Origin: an uncultured Actinomycetota bacterium
GTDB lineage: Bacteria; Actinomycetota; Thermoleophilia; RBG-16-64-13
Assembly: GCA_963736705.1 (NCBI GenBank)
Contig: CAVTPV010000002.1
Span: forward strand, 14,663-78,662
Reading direction: 5' to 3'
DNA: 64,000 bases
Below the pieces are notes generated by a model that had not been told where the DNA came from, ran no database searches, and was given only the letters and a program-made list of their open reading frames with translations. The translations under genes were made by a program, and so were the position numbers. Positions 29,717-42,431 of this stretch are shown piece after piece. Numbering within the stretch: the stretch's first letter is position 1; every line of letters begins with the position of its first letter.

Positions 29717-30058
29717 CTATCCCCTCACCAGATGACGGTGCCTGCACATTGGACCGTGTTCGTCGGCCTGCGACATGGCGTCAACAGCTGCCCCTTCCGC
29801 GACCCGGGCGCGGAACAGCCTCTGCTTAGACACGGGATCGTACCCACCGTAGCTCAGCGGGTTGCAGCGAAGCACCCGCCACACCGCCAGTACGAAGCCG
29901 CGCGCCGCCCCGTGTTCCCGTACGGCGTCCAGCGCGTACTGCGAGCAAGATGGGTAGTACTTGCAGCGGCTGGGGATGCTGGGCGAAACCACCACCTGAT
30001 AGAAGCGGATGAGCCCGACGAACAGAGCTTTCACCGGGTTACGCGCGGCGTGCTTCAT
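29717..30058 (-). CDS. yidD: Membrane protein insertion efficiency factor YidD (with C-terminal extension)
   Basis: LIRFYQVVVSPSIPSRCKYYPSCSQYALDAVREHG...RVLRCNPLSYGGYDPV is the YidD signature. Its stop lies 1 nt before the yidC ATG. Confidence 0.85.
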   Translation of the reverse strand: MKHAARNPVKALFVGLIRFYQVVVSPSIPSRCKYYPSCSQYALDAVREHGAARGFVLAVWRVLRCNPLSYGGYDPVSKQRLFRARVAEGAAVDAMSQADEHGPMCRHRHLVRG

Positions 30059-30060
30059 CG

Positions 30061-30456
30061 CTAGGCCCGCCGCTCGTCGGTAGGCCCGGAGACAAGGGAC
30101 GCCTTGCGGAAGACCTCAAGCATCTTTGCCTCCACGGACTTCAGCCCGCCGGTCTCTATCAGCTCGACGAGTGGGGTGCGAGCAATGAGGACGAAGTCCA
30201 TATTCACCTTGAAAGACTGGTCATTGGCTCGAAAGGCCTCCCGGAGGACGCGCTTCACCCGATTCCGATCGACAGCCGTGCCCAAACGCTTCGACACCGA
30301 GAACCCGACCCGGGGCCTTACTTCCCCGCCGGAAAGTCCAGGATCAGAGCGCTCGAAATAGTATAGGACCAGATACTTGTTGGCGACAGACCGACCCGCG
30401 CGATAGACGCGAGCAAAGTCCTCGGATCTGGAAAGCCGGCCGCGAGACCGATCCAC
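30061..30456 (-). CDS. rnpA: Ribonuclease P protein component
   Basis: GTG 30456 lies 5 nt after the rpmH stop. Evidence is ...RVGFSVSKRLGTAVDRNRVKRVLREAFR... and the position between rpmH and yidD. Confidence 0.88.
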   Translation of the reverse strand: MDRSRGRLSRSEDFARVYRAGRSVANKYLVLYYFERSDPGLSGGEVRPRVGFSVSKRLGTAVDRNRVKRVLREAFRANDQSFKVNMDFVLIARTPLVELIETGGLKSVEAKMLEVFRKASLVSGPTDERRA

Positions 30457-30461
30457 CGTGG

Positions 30462-30596
30462 TTAGGCGGACAGACGCTTACGACCCTTGTCGCGTCGGCG
30501 CTTGAGCACGGCCCTGCCAGCGCGAGTGGCCATGCGGGCCCGAAAGCCGTGGGTCTTCTTGCGCTTGCGCTTGTTCGGCTGATAGGTCCTCTTCAC
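30462..30596 (-). CDS. rpmH: 50S ribosomal protein L34
   Basis: It is not in the ORF track (44 aa). Hand translation from GTG 30596 (GAGGAA upstream) gives [44 protein letters not shown], with stop TAA at 30464-30462. Confidence 0.95.
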   Translation of the reverse strand: MKRTYQPNKRKRKKTHGFRARMATRAGRAVLKRRRDKGRKRLSA

Positions 30597-30700
30597 GTTT
30601 CCTCACTTGTCGCTCAGCGCCGCGGCAGGAGCCCAACAGGCGCGAAGTAAAAGACACTCGAAGCTTCCTGCCAAGCGCCGGGCGCGCGCAGGGGTGGCGA

Positions 30701-30729
30701 AGTATACAAGTCAGGTGTGCGGGCGTCAA
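30701..30729 (-). promoter_or_regulatory. Promoter of the rpmH-rnpA-yidD-yidC operon (TTGACG - 17 nt - TATACT)
   Basis: The minus strand reads gcgaTTGACGcccgcacacctgacttgTATACTtcg, with -35 at 30729-30724 and -10 at 30706-30701. It lies about 100 nt upstream of GTG 30596. Confidence 0.6.
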
Positions 30730-30921
30730 TCGCCTGACGATAGCCGATCCGACGGACCCGGATCTCCGCCCCACTAGATAGAGTGGTCGGCATCGCTCGC
30801 GGCTGCGGTGGCCGGACACCGAGCGGGCGCCGACCTCCGCCTCATTATCACACGCCGACCGCCGGGAGAAGCGGGCTGGCGCCCCGCCGAAGGGGTCCCG
30901 CTGCAGGCGTACACAGGCTCC

Positions 30922-30992
30922 TGTGGAAAGTGTGGACAACTGAGGGTATTCGGCGGTTCTGCACGCACGCCAGCACATCTCTCTGTGGAATT
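30922..30992. promoter_or_regulatory. Three outlying DnaA-box-like 9-mers
   Basis: TGTGGAAAG (30922-30930), TGTGGACAA (30931-30939, reverse complement TTGTCCACA) and TGTGGAATT (30984-30992). Each is 1-2 mismatches from TTATCCACA. Confidence 0.45.
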
Positions 30993-31413
30993 CCGCCCGG
31001 AGCAGGACGCTTGCAGCGCACAGCTTTCCTGGGGCGCCCGGCCCCTCCCCATAGCGCCAGACGTCGCCAATCGCCTTCCAGCAGCGGGTTTGGCGTGCTC
31101 TGCACCTCTGCGATGTTGCCCGAGTGCTCCTACGCCGGGACGCCCACGAGCGATGTCCTGAGTCGGGCGGATCAGCTCCCCGCCCCCGACCCAGGACGCG
31201 AGCGGATGTACTCGGCCGCGCCCGATGCCCCGTGGGGTATCGCAGCCGGGCGTTGGGCTCACACCAAGGGCGACCACCACCACCGATTCTCCCCAAGCGC
31301 CACACAATCCACTGCCGCGGCAGGCCCACACACAGCGCCCGACGAAACCCACTTTCCCCATTTTCAACAGAAAACCTGGTGTATGCGGGGCTCGCGTTCC
31401 ATCGTTCTACACG

Positions 31414-31566
31414 TTTTCCACAGCTGTGGATAGACCTGTGGATACAAAGCGTCTTTTCCCTGCTAACCAGCGGGCATAGAATGCTGGCACACCGCCCGCC
31501 GACAGGCCCATCAGAAGGAAATACATGGACTTTCCGGGGTTCCACCGCTGCTCGTCCTGTGGAAAA
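31414..31566. promoter_or_regulatory. Upstream DnaA-box cluster (left part of a bipartite oriC / dnaA-operon control region)
   Basis: TTTTCCACA (31414-31422), TGTGGATAG (31425-31433, reverse complement CTATCCACA), TGTGGATAC (31437-31445, reverse complement GTATCCACA) and TGTGGAAAA (31558-31566). The first three are packed within 32 bp in alternating orientation. Confidence 0.7.
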
Positions 31567-31588
31567 TAGGCCCTTTCGCGGATAGAAT
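31560..31588 (+). promoter_or_regulatory. Candidate promoter (TGGAAA - 17 nt - TAGAAT) overlapping a DnaA box
   Basis: -35 is at 31560-31565 inside the box TGTGGAAAA, the spacer is 17 nt and -10 TAGAAT is at 31583-31588. It lies about 50 nt upstream of the TTG start at 31639. Confidence 0.5.
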
Positions 31589-31638
31589 GGCTTCGGCTTT
31601 TTGGCACACGCGGTACGCACTATTCAGAAAGGCCCGCT

Positions 31639-32505
31639 TTGCCGACGCGCTCCCTCCCTCAGTCTTCTGATCAGTCGGGCGAACCAGCGCCGGGGACGGC
31701 GGCGCCTTCTCGCGGAGACGGCTCCTCCGGCGCGTCCCCTCTGTCAGACGGCTCCCCCCGCATCGCGGTGTACCACGACAGCGGAGCTCCGCCCCTCGTG
31801 GTCCCGCTTGCGTCTCAGGGAGACGCGCCCGCCTACGCGCCCGGAGAGGCGCCCGGAGAGGCCGCTGGGGGCACCGCGACCCGCGATCTCATCGAGCAAC
31901 TGACCGCCCGCGCCCACAGTCTTGCCCAGGAAGAAGGAGGGGGCATCCCGCTCAATGTGTTCCGGGAGTTGATCGAGAACCTGGTCCATGCCTCGTTCAG
32001 CGGGGTGGTCATCACGATCCTCGACAGGGGCAACACGCTGCGCGTCAGTGACCAAGGGCCGGGGATCCCAGACAAAGACGCCGCTCTGCGGCCGGGCTTC
32101 ACCACGGCCGACGCGGCCAACAAGCGCCACATCCGTGGCGTCGGATCCGGGCTCTTCGTGGCGCAGCGCACATTGACCGGGCTGGGAGGGACTCTGGAGA
32201 TCGAGGACAACCTCGGCAGAGGGACGGTCATCACGGCCCGGATCCCACCGCCCATCGAAAGTCCTCTCGCGCCATCCCCGGCGCCGGAATATAATCTCCC
32301 CGAGCGCCAGCTTAAGGTTCTGCTGCTGACGGTCGAGCTCGCGCCGGTCGGTCCGACCCGCATCGCTCAGGAACTGGGCGTCTCTACCTCGACCGTGTAT
32401 CGAGACCTGGTGTCACTCGAGCAGGCAGGCTTCGTCGCCTGCCGGCCCAATGGGCACCGTTCGGCGACCGACGCCGGATTGGCGTACATCGGCGCGGTCA
32501 TGTGA
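31639..32505 (+). CDS. GHKL (histidine-kinase-like) ATPase domain fused to a C-terminal winged-HTH; Pro/Gly/Ser-rich N-terminal region; no DHp/phospho-acceptor His region visible
   Basis: The ORF is intact with a TTG start, though the true start could be further in. The N-box-like text is NVFRELIENLVHA, G1 is RVSDQGPGIP and G2 is IRGVGSGLFVAQR...GGTLEIEDNLGRGTVITARIP. The HTH is ERQLKVLLLTVELAPVGPTRIAQELGVSTSTVYRDLVSLEQAGFV. Confidence 0.65.
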   Translation: MPTRSLPQSSDQSGEPAPGTAAPSRGDGSSGASPLSDGSPRIAVYHDSGAPPLVVPLASQGDAPAYAPGEAPGEAAGGTATRDLIEQLTARAHSLAQEEGGGIPLNVFRELIENLVHASFSGVVITILDRGNTLRVSDQGPGIPDKDAALRPGFTTADAANKRHIRGVGSGLFVAQRTLTGLGGTLEIEDNLGRGTVITARIPPPIESPLAPSPAPEYNLPERQLKVLLLTVELAPVGPTRIAQELGVSTSTVYRDLVSLEQAGFVACRPNGHRSATDAGLAYIGAVM

Positions 32506-32553
32506 CGAGTCATACGACGACTCAAGTGACGTGGCGCCGGCATGTGACGAAGT

Positions 32554-34047
32554 GTGCGCCGCCGTGGGCGTGGGGATGTGGAGGAACCCGTGGAGAATAG
32601 CTACAGCGACCCCATCTGGGAGAAGGCTCTCGAAGTCATCTCTCAGCAGGTCAATGAGGGCACGTTCAACATCTGGTTCGCCCAGACAGCCGGGCTCGGC
32701 CTGAACGACGGCCTGTACTCGGTGGGCGTTTCCTCGGACTTCGCCAAGGACTGGATAGATTCGCGCTTCCGCGCGCTCATCTCCGACGCGGTGACCCAGG
32801 TCGTGGGCTCACCGGTCGAATGCGAGATCGTGGTGGTGCCGAACCTCGAGAACCGGCTGAAGCACACCGCGACCCCGGAGCGCACCGCCCCGCCCGTGGC
32901 GGTGGGCGGTGGGCGCAACGGCGGCGGATCGGGCGGCGGGAGGGCCCCCGGCGGAGCCACGTCGCCCGCCGGTCCCTCTGTGCAGACCGCGGCGCCCTCC
33001 CCGGAGACCAGCAGGGCCGCGGCGGCAGGTCTGGTCAGCAAGTACACGTTCGACACCTTTGTCGTCGGGCAGTCCAACCGGTTCGCCCACGCAGCCGCCC
33101 TAGCCGCGGCCGAGACGCCTGGCACCCAGTACAACCCGCTCTTCATATACGGGGGCGTCGGGCTGGGCAAGACTCACCTGCTTCAGGCGGTCGGGCATTA
33201 CGTCCTGCGCAACCATCCAGGCCTCACGGTGCGCTACGTGACCCTGGAGACGTTCACCAACGACTTCATCAACTCGCTGCGAGACGACAGCATCGAGGGC
33301 TTCAAGAACCGGTACCGCACCGTGGATGTGCTGTTGATCGACGACGTCCAGTTCCTGGCCAAGAAGGAGCAGACGCAGGAGGAGTTCTTCCACACCTTCA
33401 ACGCGCTCTACGACGCGCAGAAGCAGATCGTCCTGACATCGGACCGGCACCCGAAGGGTCTGGCGACTCTCGAGGACCGTCTGGTGTCGCGCTTCGAGTG
33501 GGGCCTGATCACCGACATCCAGCCGCCCGACCTCGAGACCCGCATCGCCATCCTGCGCAAGAAGGCCCGCTCCGACCACATCGCGCTCGCGGACGAGGAC
33601 ACCCTCATGCTCATCGCCTCCCGGGTACCCACCAATATCAGGGAGCTTGAAGGCTGCCTCACCAGGGTGGTGGCGTATTCCTCCATCATCAAGCGGCCCA
33701 TCAACGTCGATCTCGCCCGCGAAGTGCTGAAAGACATCCCGGAGACGGCGGCCACACGCGTCACCATCGACCTGATCCTGTCGGCCGTATCGGAATCCAC
33801 GGGCGTCTCGATCACCGAGATCATCGGCGACAAGCGGTCGCGTCCCGTCGTGGACAGCCGCCATATGGCCATGTACCTGGCCCGCGAACTCACCGACTCC
33901 AGTCTGCCCAAGATCGGCGAACGCTTCGGCAACCGCGACCACACCAGTGTGCTGCACGCAGTCCAGAAGATCACCAAACTCATGCAGGAAGACCGGGATA
34001 TGTACAACCGCATCCAGCGGCTCACCACCAAGATCAAAAGCGCCTGA
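32554..34047 (+). CDS. dnaA: Chromosomal replication initiator DnaA (start may be GTG 32578 or 32590)
   Basis: The ORF is intact. Domain I is IWEKALEVISQQVNEGTFNIWF, followed by a Gly/Ala/Pro linker. The AAA+ Walker A is NPLFIYGGVGLGKTHLLQAVG and Walker B is LLIDDVQFL. Domain IV is SRPVVDSRHMAMYLARELTDSSLPKIGERFGNRDHTSVLHA. GGAGG at 32581 favours GTG 32590. Confidence 0.95.
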   Translation: MRRRGRGDVEEPVENSYSDPIWEKALEVISQQVNEGTFNIWFAQTAGLGLNDGLYSVGVSSDFAKDWIDSRFRALISDAVTQVVGSPVECEIVVVPNLENRLKHTATPERTAPPVAVGGGRNGGGSGGGRAPGGATSPAGPSVQTAAPSPETSRAAAAGLVSKYTFDTFVVGQSNRFAHAAALAAAETPGTQYNPLFIYGGVGLGKTHLLQAVGHYVLRNHPGLTVRYVTLETFTNDFINSLRDDSIEGFKNRYRTVDVLLIDDVQFLAKKEQTQEEFFHTFNALYDAQKQIVLTSDRHPKGLATLEDRLVSRFEWGLITDIQPPDLETRIAILRKKARSDHIALADEDTLMLIASRVPTNIRELEGCLTRVVAYSSIIKRPINVDLAREVLKDIPETAATRVTIDLILSAVSESTGVSITEIIGDKRSRPVVDSRHMAMYLARELTDSSLPKIGERFGNRDHTSVLHAVQKITKLMQEDRDMYNRIQRLTTKIKSA

Positions 34048-34075
34048 CCGGATCGGATGCCGACCCGTTGATCCC

Positions 34076-34253
34076 TCTTCCACACCACCCTGTCGATAAC
34101 CGTCGGAAGACGTGTGCACAAGTGCCGCTCTCGGGAGGCTCTCCACAGACCGGGGATAACTCCGTCTCGAGCCGCTCAACTTGTCCACATGTTTATCCCA
34201 GGCTCCGCGTTGCTCAAGTTCACGCCGCGCGCCATGCCGGCCGTCTGTCCACA
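34076..34253. promoter_or_regulatory. DnaA-box cluster between dnaA and dnaN (right part of oriC)
   Basis: All boxes are in the same orientation: TCTTCCACA (34076-34084), CTCTCCACA (34139-34147), TTGTCCACA (34181-34189) directly followed by TTTATCCCA (34192-34200), and CTGTCCACA (34245-34253). Confidence 0.65.
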
Positions 34254-34266
34254 CCATTCACAGTGT

Positions 34267-34313
34267 CTACTAATACCGCTATATTTCTATCTAAAGAAAC
34301 TACTAGTAATAAG
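34267..34313. other. AT-rich candidate DNA-unwinding element with CTA/TAG trinucleotide runs (DnaA-trio-like)
   Basis: ctactaataccgctatatttctatctaaagaaactactagtaataag is by far the most AT-rich stretch in the window. It begins 14 nt after the last DnaA box and contains CTACTAATA and CTACTAGTAATA (bottom strand TAT TAG TAG / TAT TAC TAG TAG). Confidence 0.6.
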
Positions 34314-34348
34314 CGCACTGTCGTTCCCCGATCTTCCGAGGAGCACCG

Positions 34349-35452
34349 ATGAAACTGGTCACGAGCAAGCAAGCGCTGGTCGAGTGTCTTGGAATCGTCA
34401 ACAAGGCGGTTTCCTCGCGCAGTTCCATCCAGGTGCTGTCGGGCGTCCTTGTTGATGCAAGGGTCGAGGGCATCCTTCTCTCGGCGACGGATATGGAGAT
34501 ATCCATCAAGGCGCCCCTCGCCGGCCGGGTCGAACAGCCGGGGTCTCTCGTGGTGCCCGCACGCATCGCTTCCGATATCGCGCGAAGCCTGCCGGTGGGT
34601 GAAGTGATACTCGAGCAGCGGGCCGGGGAGACTCAAGTGGAGATCCGCGCCGGCGAATCGCTGTTCAACCTGCATTCGCTACCCGCCGTCGACTTCCCAC
34701 AACTCCCGGCGCCCATCGGTGATGGGTTCACGGTGAACAAAGCCGCGTTCTTGGAGACGGTCGACCGGGTCGCTCCCTCGGCTTCTCGTGACGAGACTCG
34801 TCCGGTACTCACGGGCGTGCTCATCCACTTCAACAAGAACGACATCAAGATGGTGGCCACCGACAGCTACCGCCTGAGCGTCAAGGAGACGCCCATCGAG
34901 TCGTCGGTGGCGGACCCCCTGCAGACCATCGTGCCGGCCCGGACGCTGCTCGAACTCTCGCGCATCGCCAGTGGTGTCGCGGACGATTCCATCACCATCG
35001 TTCCCACTGAGAACCAGATGATGTTCCAGGTGGGCGGCGTCAACCTGATCTCCCGGCTCATCGACGGGCAGTTCCCGAACTATCGCCAGCTGATCCCGGA
35101 GACCTTCGACTATGAAGTCGCCGTAGACCACGACGAGGTCCTCGAGGCCGTCCGCCGCGTGGGTCTGCTTGCCCAGAAGAACGCGCCGCTTCGCCTGCGC
35201 TTCGCCTCCAACACGCTCACCGTATCCGCCGAATCTCAGGATGTGGGCAAAGCTCACGAGGCCATGCCCATCCAGTACTCCGGCGACGATCTCGAGATCG
35301 GCTTCAACCCCGAGTTCCTGGAAGCCGGCATCGCGGCCGTCAAGGAGAGCATCGTCTATCTGCGCTTCATCAGCCCGCTCCGCCCGGGGCTGGTCAAGGG
35401 CGCGGCGGACGACTTCCTCTATCTGGTCATGCCTATCCGCCTCAGCGATTAG
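34349..35452 (+). CDS. dnaN: DNA polymerase III beta sliding clamp
   Basis: The ORF is intact at 367 aa, with GAGGAG before the ATG. The sequence is DnaN-like throughout (MKLVTSKQALVECLGIVNKAVSSRSSIQVLSGVL..., ...LVMPIRL) and sits in the conserved position after dnaA. Confidence 0.93.
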   Translation: MKLVTSKQALVECLGIVNKAVSSRSSIQVLSGVLVDARVEGILLSATDMEISIKAPLAGRVEQPGSLVVPARIASDIARSLPVGEVILEQRAGETQVEIRAGESLFNLHSLPAVDFPQLPAPIGDGFTVNKAAFLETVDRVAPSASRDETRPVLTGVLIHFNKNDIKMVATDSYRLSVKETPIESSVADPLQTIVPARTLLELSRIASGVADDSITIVPTENQMMFQVGGVNLISRLIDGQFPNYRQLIPETFDYEVAVDHDEVLEAVRRVGLLAQKNAPLRLRFASNTLTVSAESQDVGKAHEAMPIQYSGDDLEIGFNPEFLEAGIAAVKESIVYLRFISPLRPGLVKGAADDFLYLVMPIRLSD

Positions 35453-35462
35453 GACCCCGTCC

Positions 35463-35717
35463 GTGCCGCCCGAAAAGGGTCCCCGCAAGCCGGCGGCTCC
35501 GCAGAGTGTGCCCGTGCGGCTGCCCATCACCGTGGGGCAGTTCCTCAAAGCCGCGAGCCTTGTCGGCTCGGGTGGTGAGGCGAAGATGCTCATCGCCGAC
35601 GGCTTGGTGCGGGTGAACGGTGAGGTGGAGCTCCGCCGCGGCCATAAGCTGCAGCCCGGTGACGTGGTGCAGGTCCAGGGCGCGTCCGCCCAGGTGGCCG
35701 AGGCGCAGGCCCCGTAG
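35463..35717 (+). CDS. yaaA: S4-domain RNA-binding protein, YaaA (RlbA)-like
   Basis: ITVGQFLKAASLVGSGGEAKMLIADGLVRVNGEVELRRGHKLQPGDVVQV matches my memory of B. subtilis YaaA (ITLGQFLKLADVIQSGGMAKWFL...NRRGRKLYVGDVVEI). It has the same dnaN-recF position. The start is GTG 35463 or an internal GTG near 35508. Confidence 0.75.
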   Translation: MPPEKGPRKPAAPQSVPVRLPITVGQFLKAASLVGSGGEAKMLIADGLVRVNGEVELRRGHKLQPGDVVQVQGASAQVAEAQAP

Positions 35718-35726
35718 GGGCGCCCC

Positions 35727-36867
35727 ATGTTCATCAGCAGGATCAGGCTGACGAACCTCCGCTGCCGGCATGAGCTGGAAGTGGAGTTGGGCCCCGGTCT
35801 CAACATCCTCGTCGGGCCGAACGGCGCCGGCAAGACCACGGTCCTCGAGGCCGCGTCGCTGGTGCTCCAGGGTACGCCGCTCCGCACCACCAACGTGAAA
35901 GACGTGATGAGCCGCGATCGCGACCACCTGCGGGTGGAGGTCGAGTTGAGCGACCCTGCGACCCTGGCCGCGGCCGCTTACGGCAGGGACGGCGAGCGCC
36001 GGCTGACCGCCGACGGCGCTCCGCTCGACGACGCCGGGCGCTGGAAGGAACTCCTGCCCGTGCGCACGTTCGCCCCCGACGACCTGCGGCTGATCAAGGG
36101 CAGCCCGCGGCGCCGGCGGGAGTATCTGGACAGGCTGGCGACCCGCCGCTCCCCCGAGTATCCCGGGACGCTTCGCCGCTACGACGAGGCCCTTTCTCAG
36201 CGCAACTACCTGCTGCGGACGTCGCGCGGGGGTCTGCGGGACCCCGAGTTCGAGCCGTGGGAGACCCTGCTGGCCCAGACCGGCCTGCTGGTGGCGGGCT
36301 GGCGCGCCGCCGCCCTGGGCGCCTTCGTCGGCGCCTTCCAACGGGTGCACGAAGAGTTGACCTTGGAGCCGGCCGACACCCTGAGGCTGATCTATCGGAC
36401 GAACGTGGCCGGGATGGACGAAGCCGCCTACAGTGCCCGGCTGGCCGACAGCCGGGCAGCCGACAGACAACGGACCTACACCCACCTGGGCCCGCACCGC
36501 GACGACCTGCGGTTGACGCGCGGCCGGACTGGATATGCGCGACTGCGCCTCCCAGGGCGAACAGCGGACGGCGCTCCTGGCGTTGGTGCTCGCAGAGTGG
36601 GAGCAGTTGCTCGAGGGCCCGGCTCGGCCGCTCCTGCTCCTCGATGATGTCATGAGCGAGTTGGACCTCTCGCGGCGGAGGAAGCTCGTGGGCTTCACCC
36701 GCCGCGGCGGCCAGACCCTGATAACCACCACCGATCTGCGCTACTTCGCTCCGGAAGAGCTCGAGCAGGCGCGGGTGGTGGACCTGGGACCGGCGCCGCC
36801 CGAGTGCGCGGCGGAGGCCGCCGCGGAGTGCCCGCCGCATAGTGAAGGCGGCCCGGACGATGGGTGA
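35727..36867 (+). CDS. recF: DNA replication and repair protein RecF; one frame break near 36525
   Basis: [42 protein letters not shown] contains Walker A. The continuation CASQGEQRTALLALVLAEWE...LLLLDDVMSELD...GGQTLITTTD is in the 36535..36867 frame. Confidence 0.9.
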
Positions 36868-37493
36868 CCTCGACCGGCTCGGCGATCTCCTGCCCCCGGA
36901 AGCGTCCGGCCGCGCCGGCACAGCACCGGGCAGGGCTGCGGGCAGTCTGGGCGCCGGGCGGCGCGGCGCCGGGTGACGGTCCCGATGACGACCTGGCCCG
37001 CCGCGTCGCCGGCGTTTGGGCTGAGGAGGTCGGCCCGGAGATCGCGCTCAACGCCCGTCCCGTCCAGCTGCGCAACGGGCGCTTGGTGGTAACCACCTCC
37101 TCCAGTTCCTGGGCGCAGACGCTCCAGCTTATGAGCCCCATGGTGGTGGAGCGCTTGAATCGTCGCTTGGGCGAGGGGTCGGTGGAGAAGGCTGTGTTCC
37201 GGCATGCCGGTTGGGACCCCACCTGGGCCGCCGCGCCGGGTTTCGCCGGCGCATCTGCCGCCACGACGCCCGCGTCCGCCGCCCCGATGGCCACGCCCAC
37301 GCCGGCCGTGGCCCCGAAAACGGCGCCGCCGGCCGCGTCCGCTACGAGCAAGCCCGACGACCTTTCTCCCGAAGAGGAGAAGGCGCTGGCCGAGGTCGAG
37401 GGGCTGCCCTTGCCGCCTGAAGTCAGGCGCACCATACGGCAGGCCATGATCGCCGGCTTCGTACGCGGCAGGCAGGATTCTGGCCGCTCCTAG
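36860..37493 (+). CDS. DUF721 (DciA-like / YaaB-RemB position) protein; probable frame break within the first 40 codons
   Basis: ATG 36860 overlaps the recF stop (ATGGGTGA) and reads MGDLDRLGDLLP.... The DUF721 core VAGVWAEEVGPEIALNARPVQLRNGRLVVTTSSSSWAQTLQLMSPMVVERLN is in the 36864 frame. An Ala/Pro-rich linker and a short conserved-looking C-terminal helix follow. Confidence 0.7.
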
Positions 37494-37525
37494 CGTACTT
37501 TGTTAGGTCGGGAAGAGGGTCGATG

Positions 37526-37534
37526 TGGTAAAAT
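37526..37534 (+). promoter_or_regulatory. Extended -10 promoter element (TGgTAAAAT) upstream of gyrB
   Basis: atgTGgTAAAATatc has its -10 at 37529-37534, followed by the palindrome CGTGGTatcACCACG at 37541-37555. It lies about 135 nt upstream of the TTG start at 37669. No good -35 was seen. Confidence 0.45.
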
Positions 37535-37665
37535 ATCACTCGTGGTATCACCACGCTGAGTGACAAGATCGGGCTCCGTCTTCAGCCTTCCGGGACCATC
37601 CCCATCTCGCGCCGAAGCGGCGCGCGAACAGGCGGAAGCGCGTGACAAAGAGAGAGGTCGTCTAG

Positions 37666-39795
<2,130 letters not shown>

Positions 39796-39796
39796 C

Positions 39797-42388
<2,592 letters not shown>

Positions 42389-42399
42389 CCGGGCTCGCA

Positions 42400-42423
42400 G
42401 CCGCCGGCGCTACGGCCGGCGGC
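42400..42423. terminator. GC-rich hairpin between convergent gyrA and the 42432..43151 gene
   Basis: GCCGCCGGC-gctacg-GCCGGCGGC has a 9-bp stem. There is no clear U-tract on either strand. Confidence 0.4.
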
Positions 42424-42431
42424 GCGGCGCG

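Noticed and set aside
31360-31545. Possible RNase P RNA: GGAAAGTCC on the minus strand near 31529-31537 and ACAGAAAAC on the plus strand near 31369-31377
   Set aside because: The two motifs are on opposite strands. The sequence after GGAAAGTCC does not continue as the conserved GGGCUCCAxAGGGCA. There is no ACAGAACCCGGCUUA-type 3' motif, and the segment is full of DnaA boxes.
30478-31620. 380-aa minus-strand ORF, plus 30783..31433 and 30774..31367, spanning the rpmH-dnaA spacer
   Set aside because: The sequences are Arg/Pro/Gly/Cys-rich with no recognisable fold. The 3' part overlaps rpmH in a different frame, and the region carries promoter and DnaA-box elements. I treated it as non-coding, or possibly as a decayed remnant.
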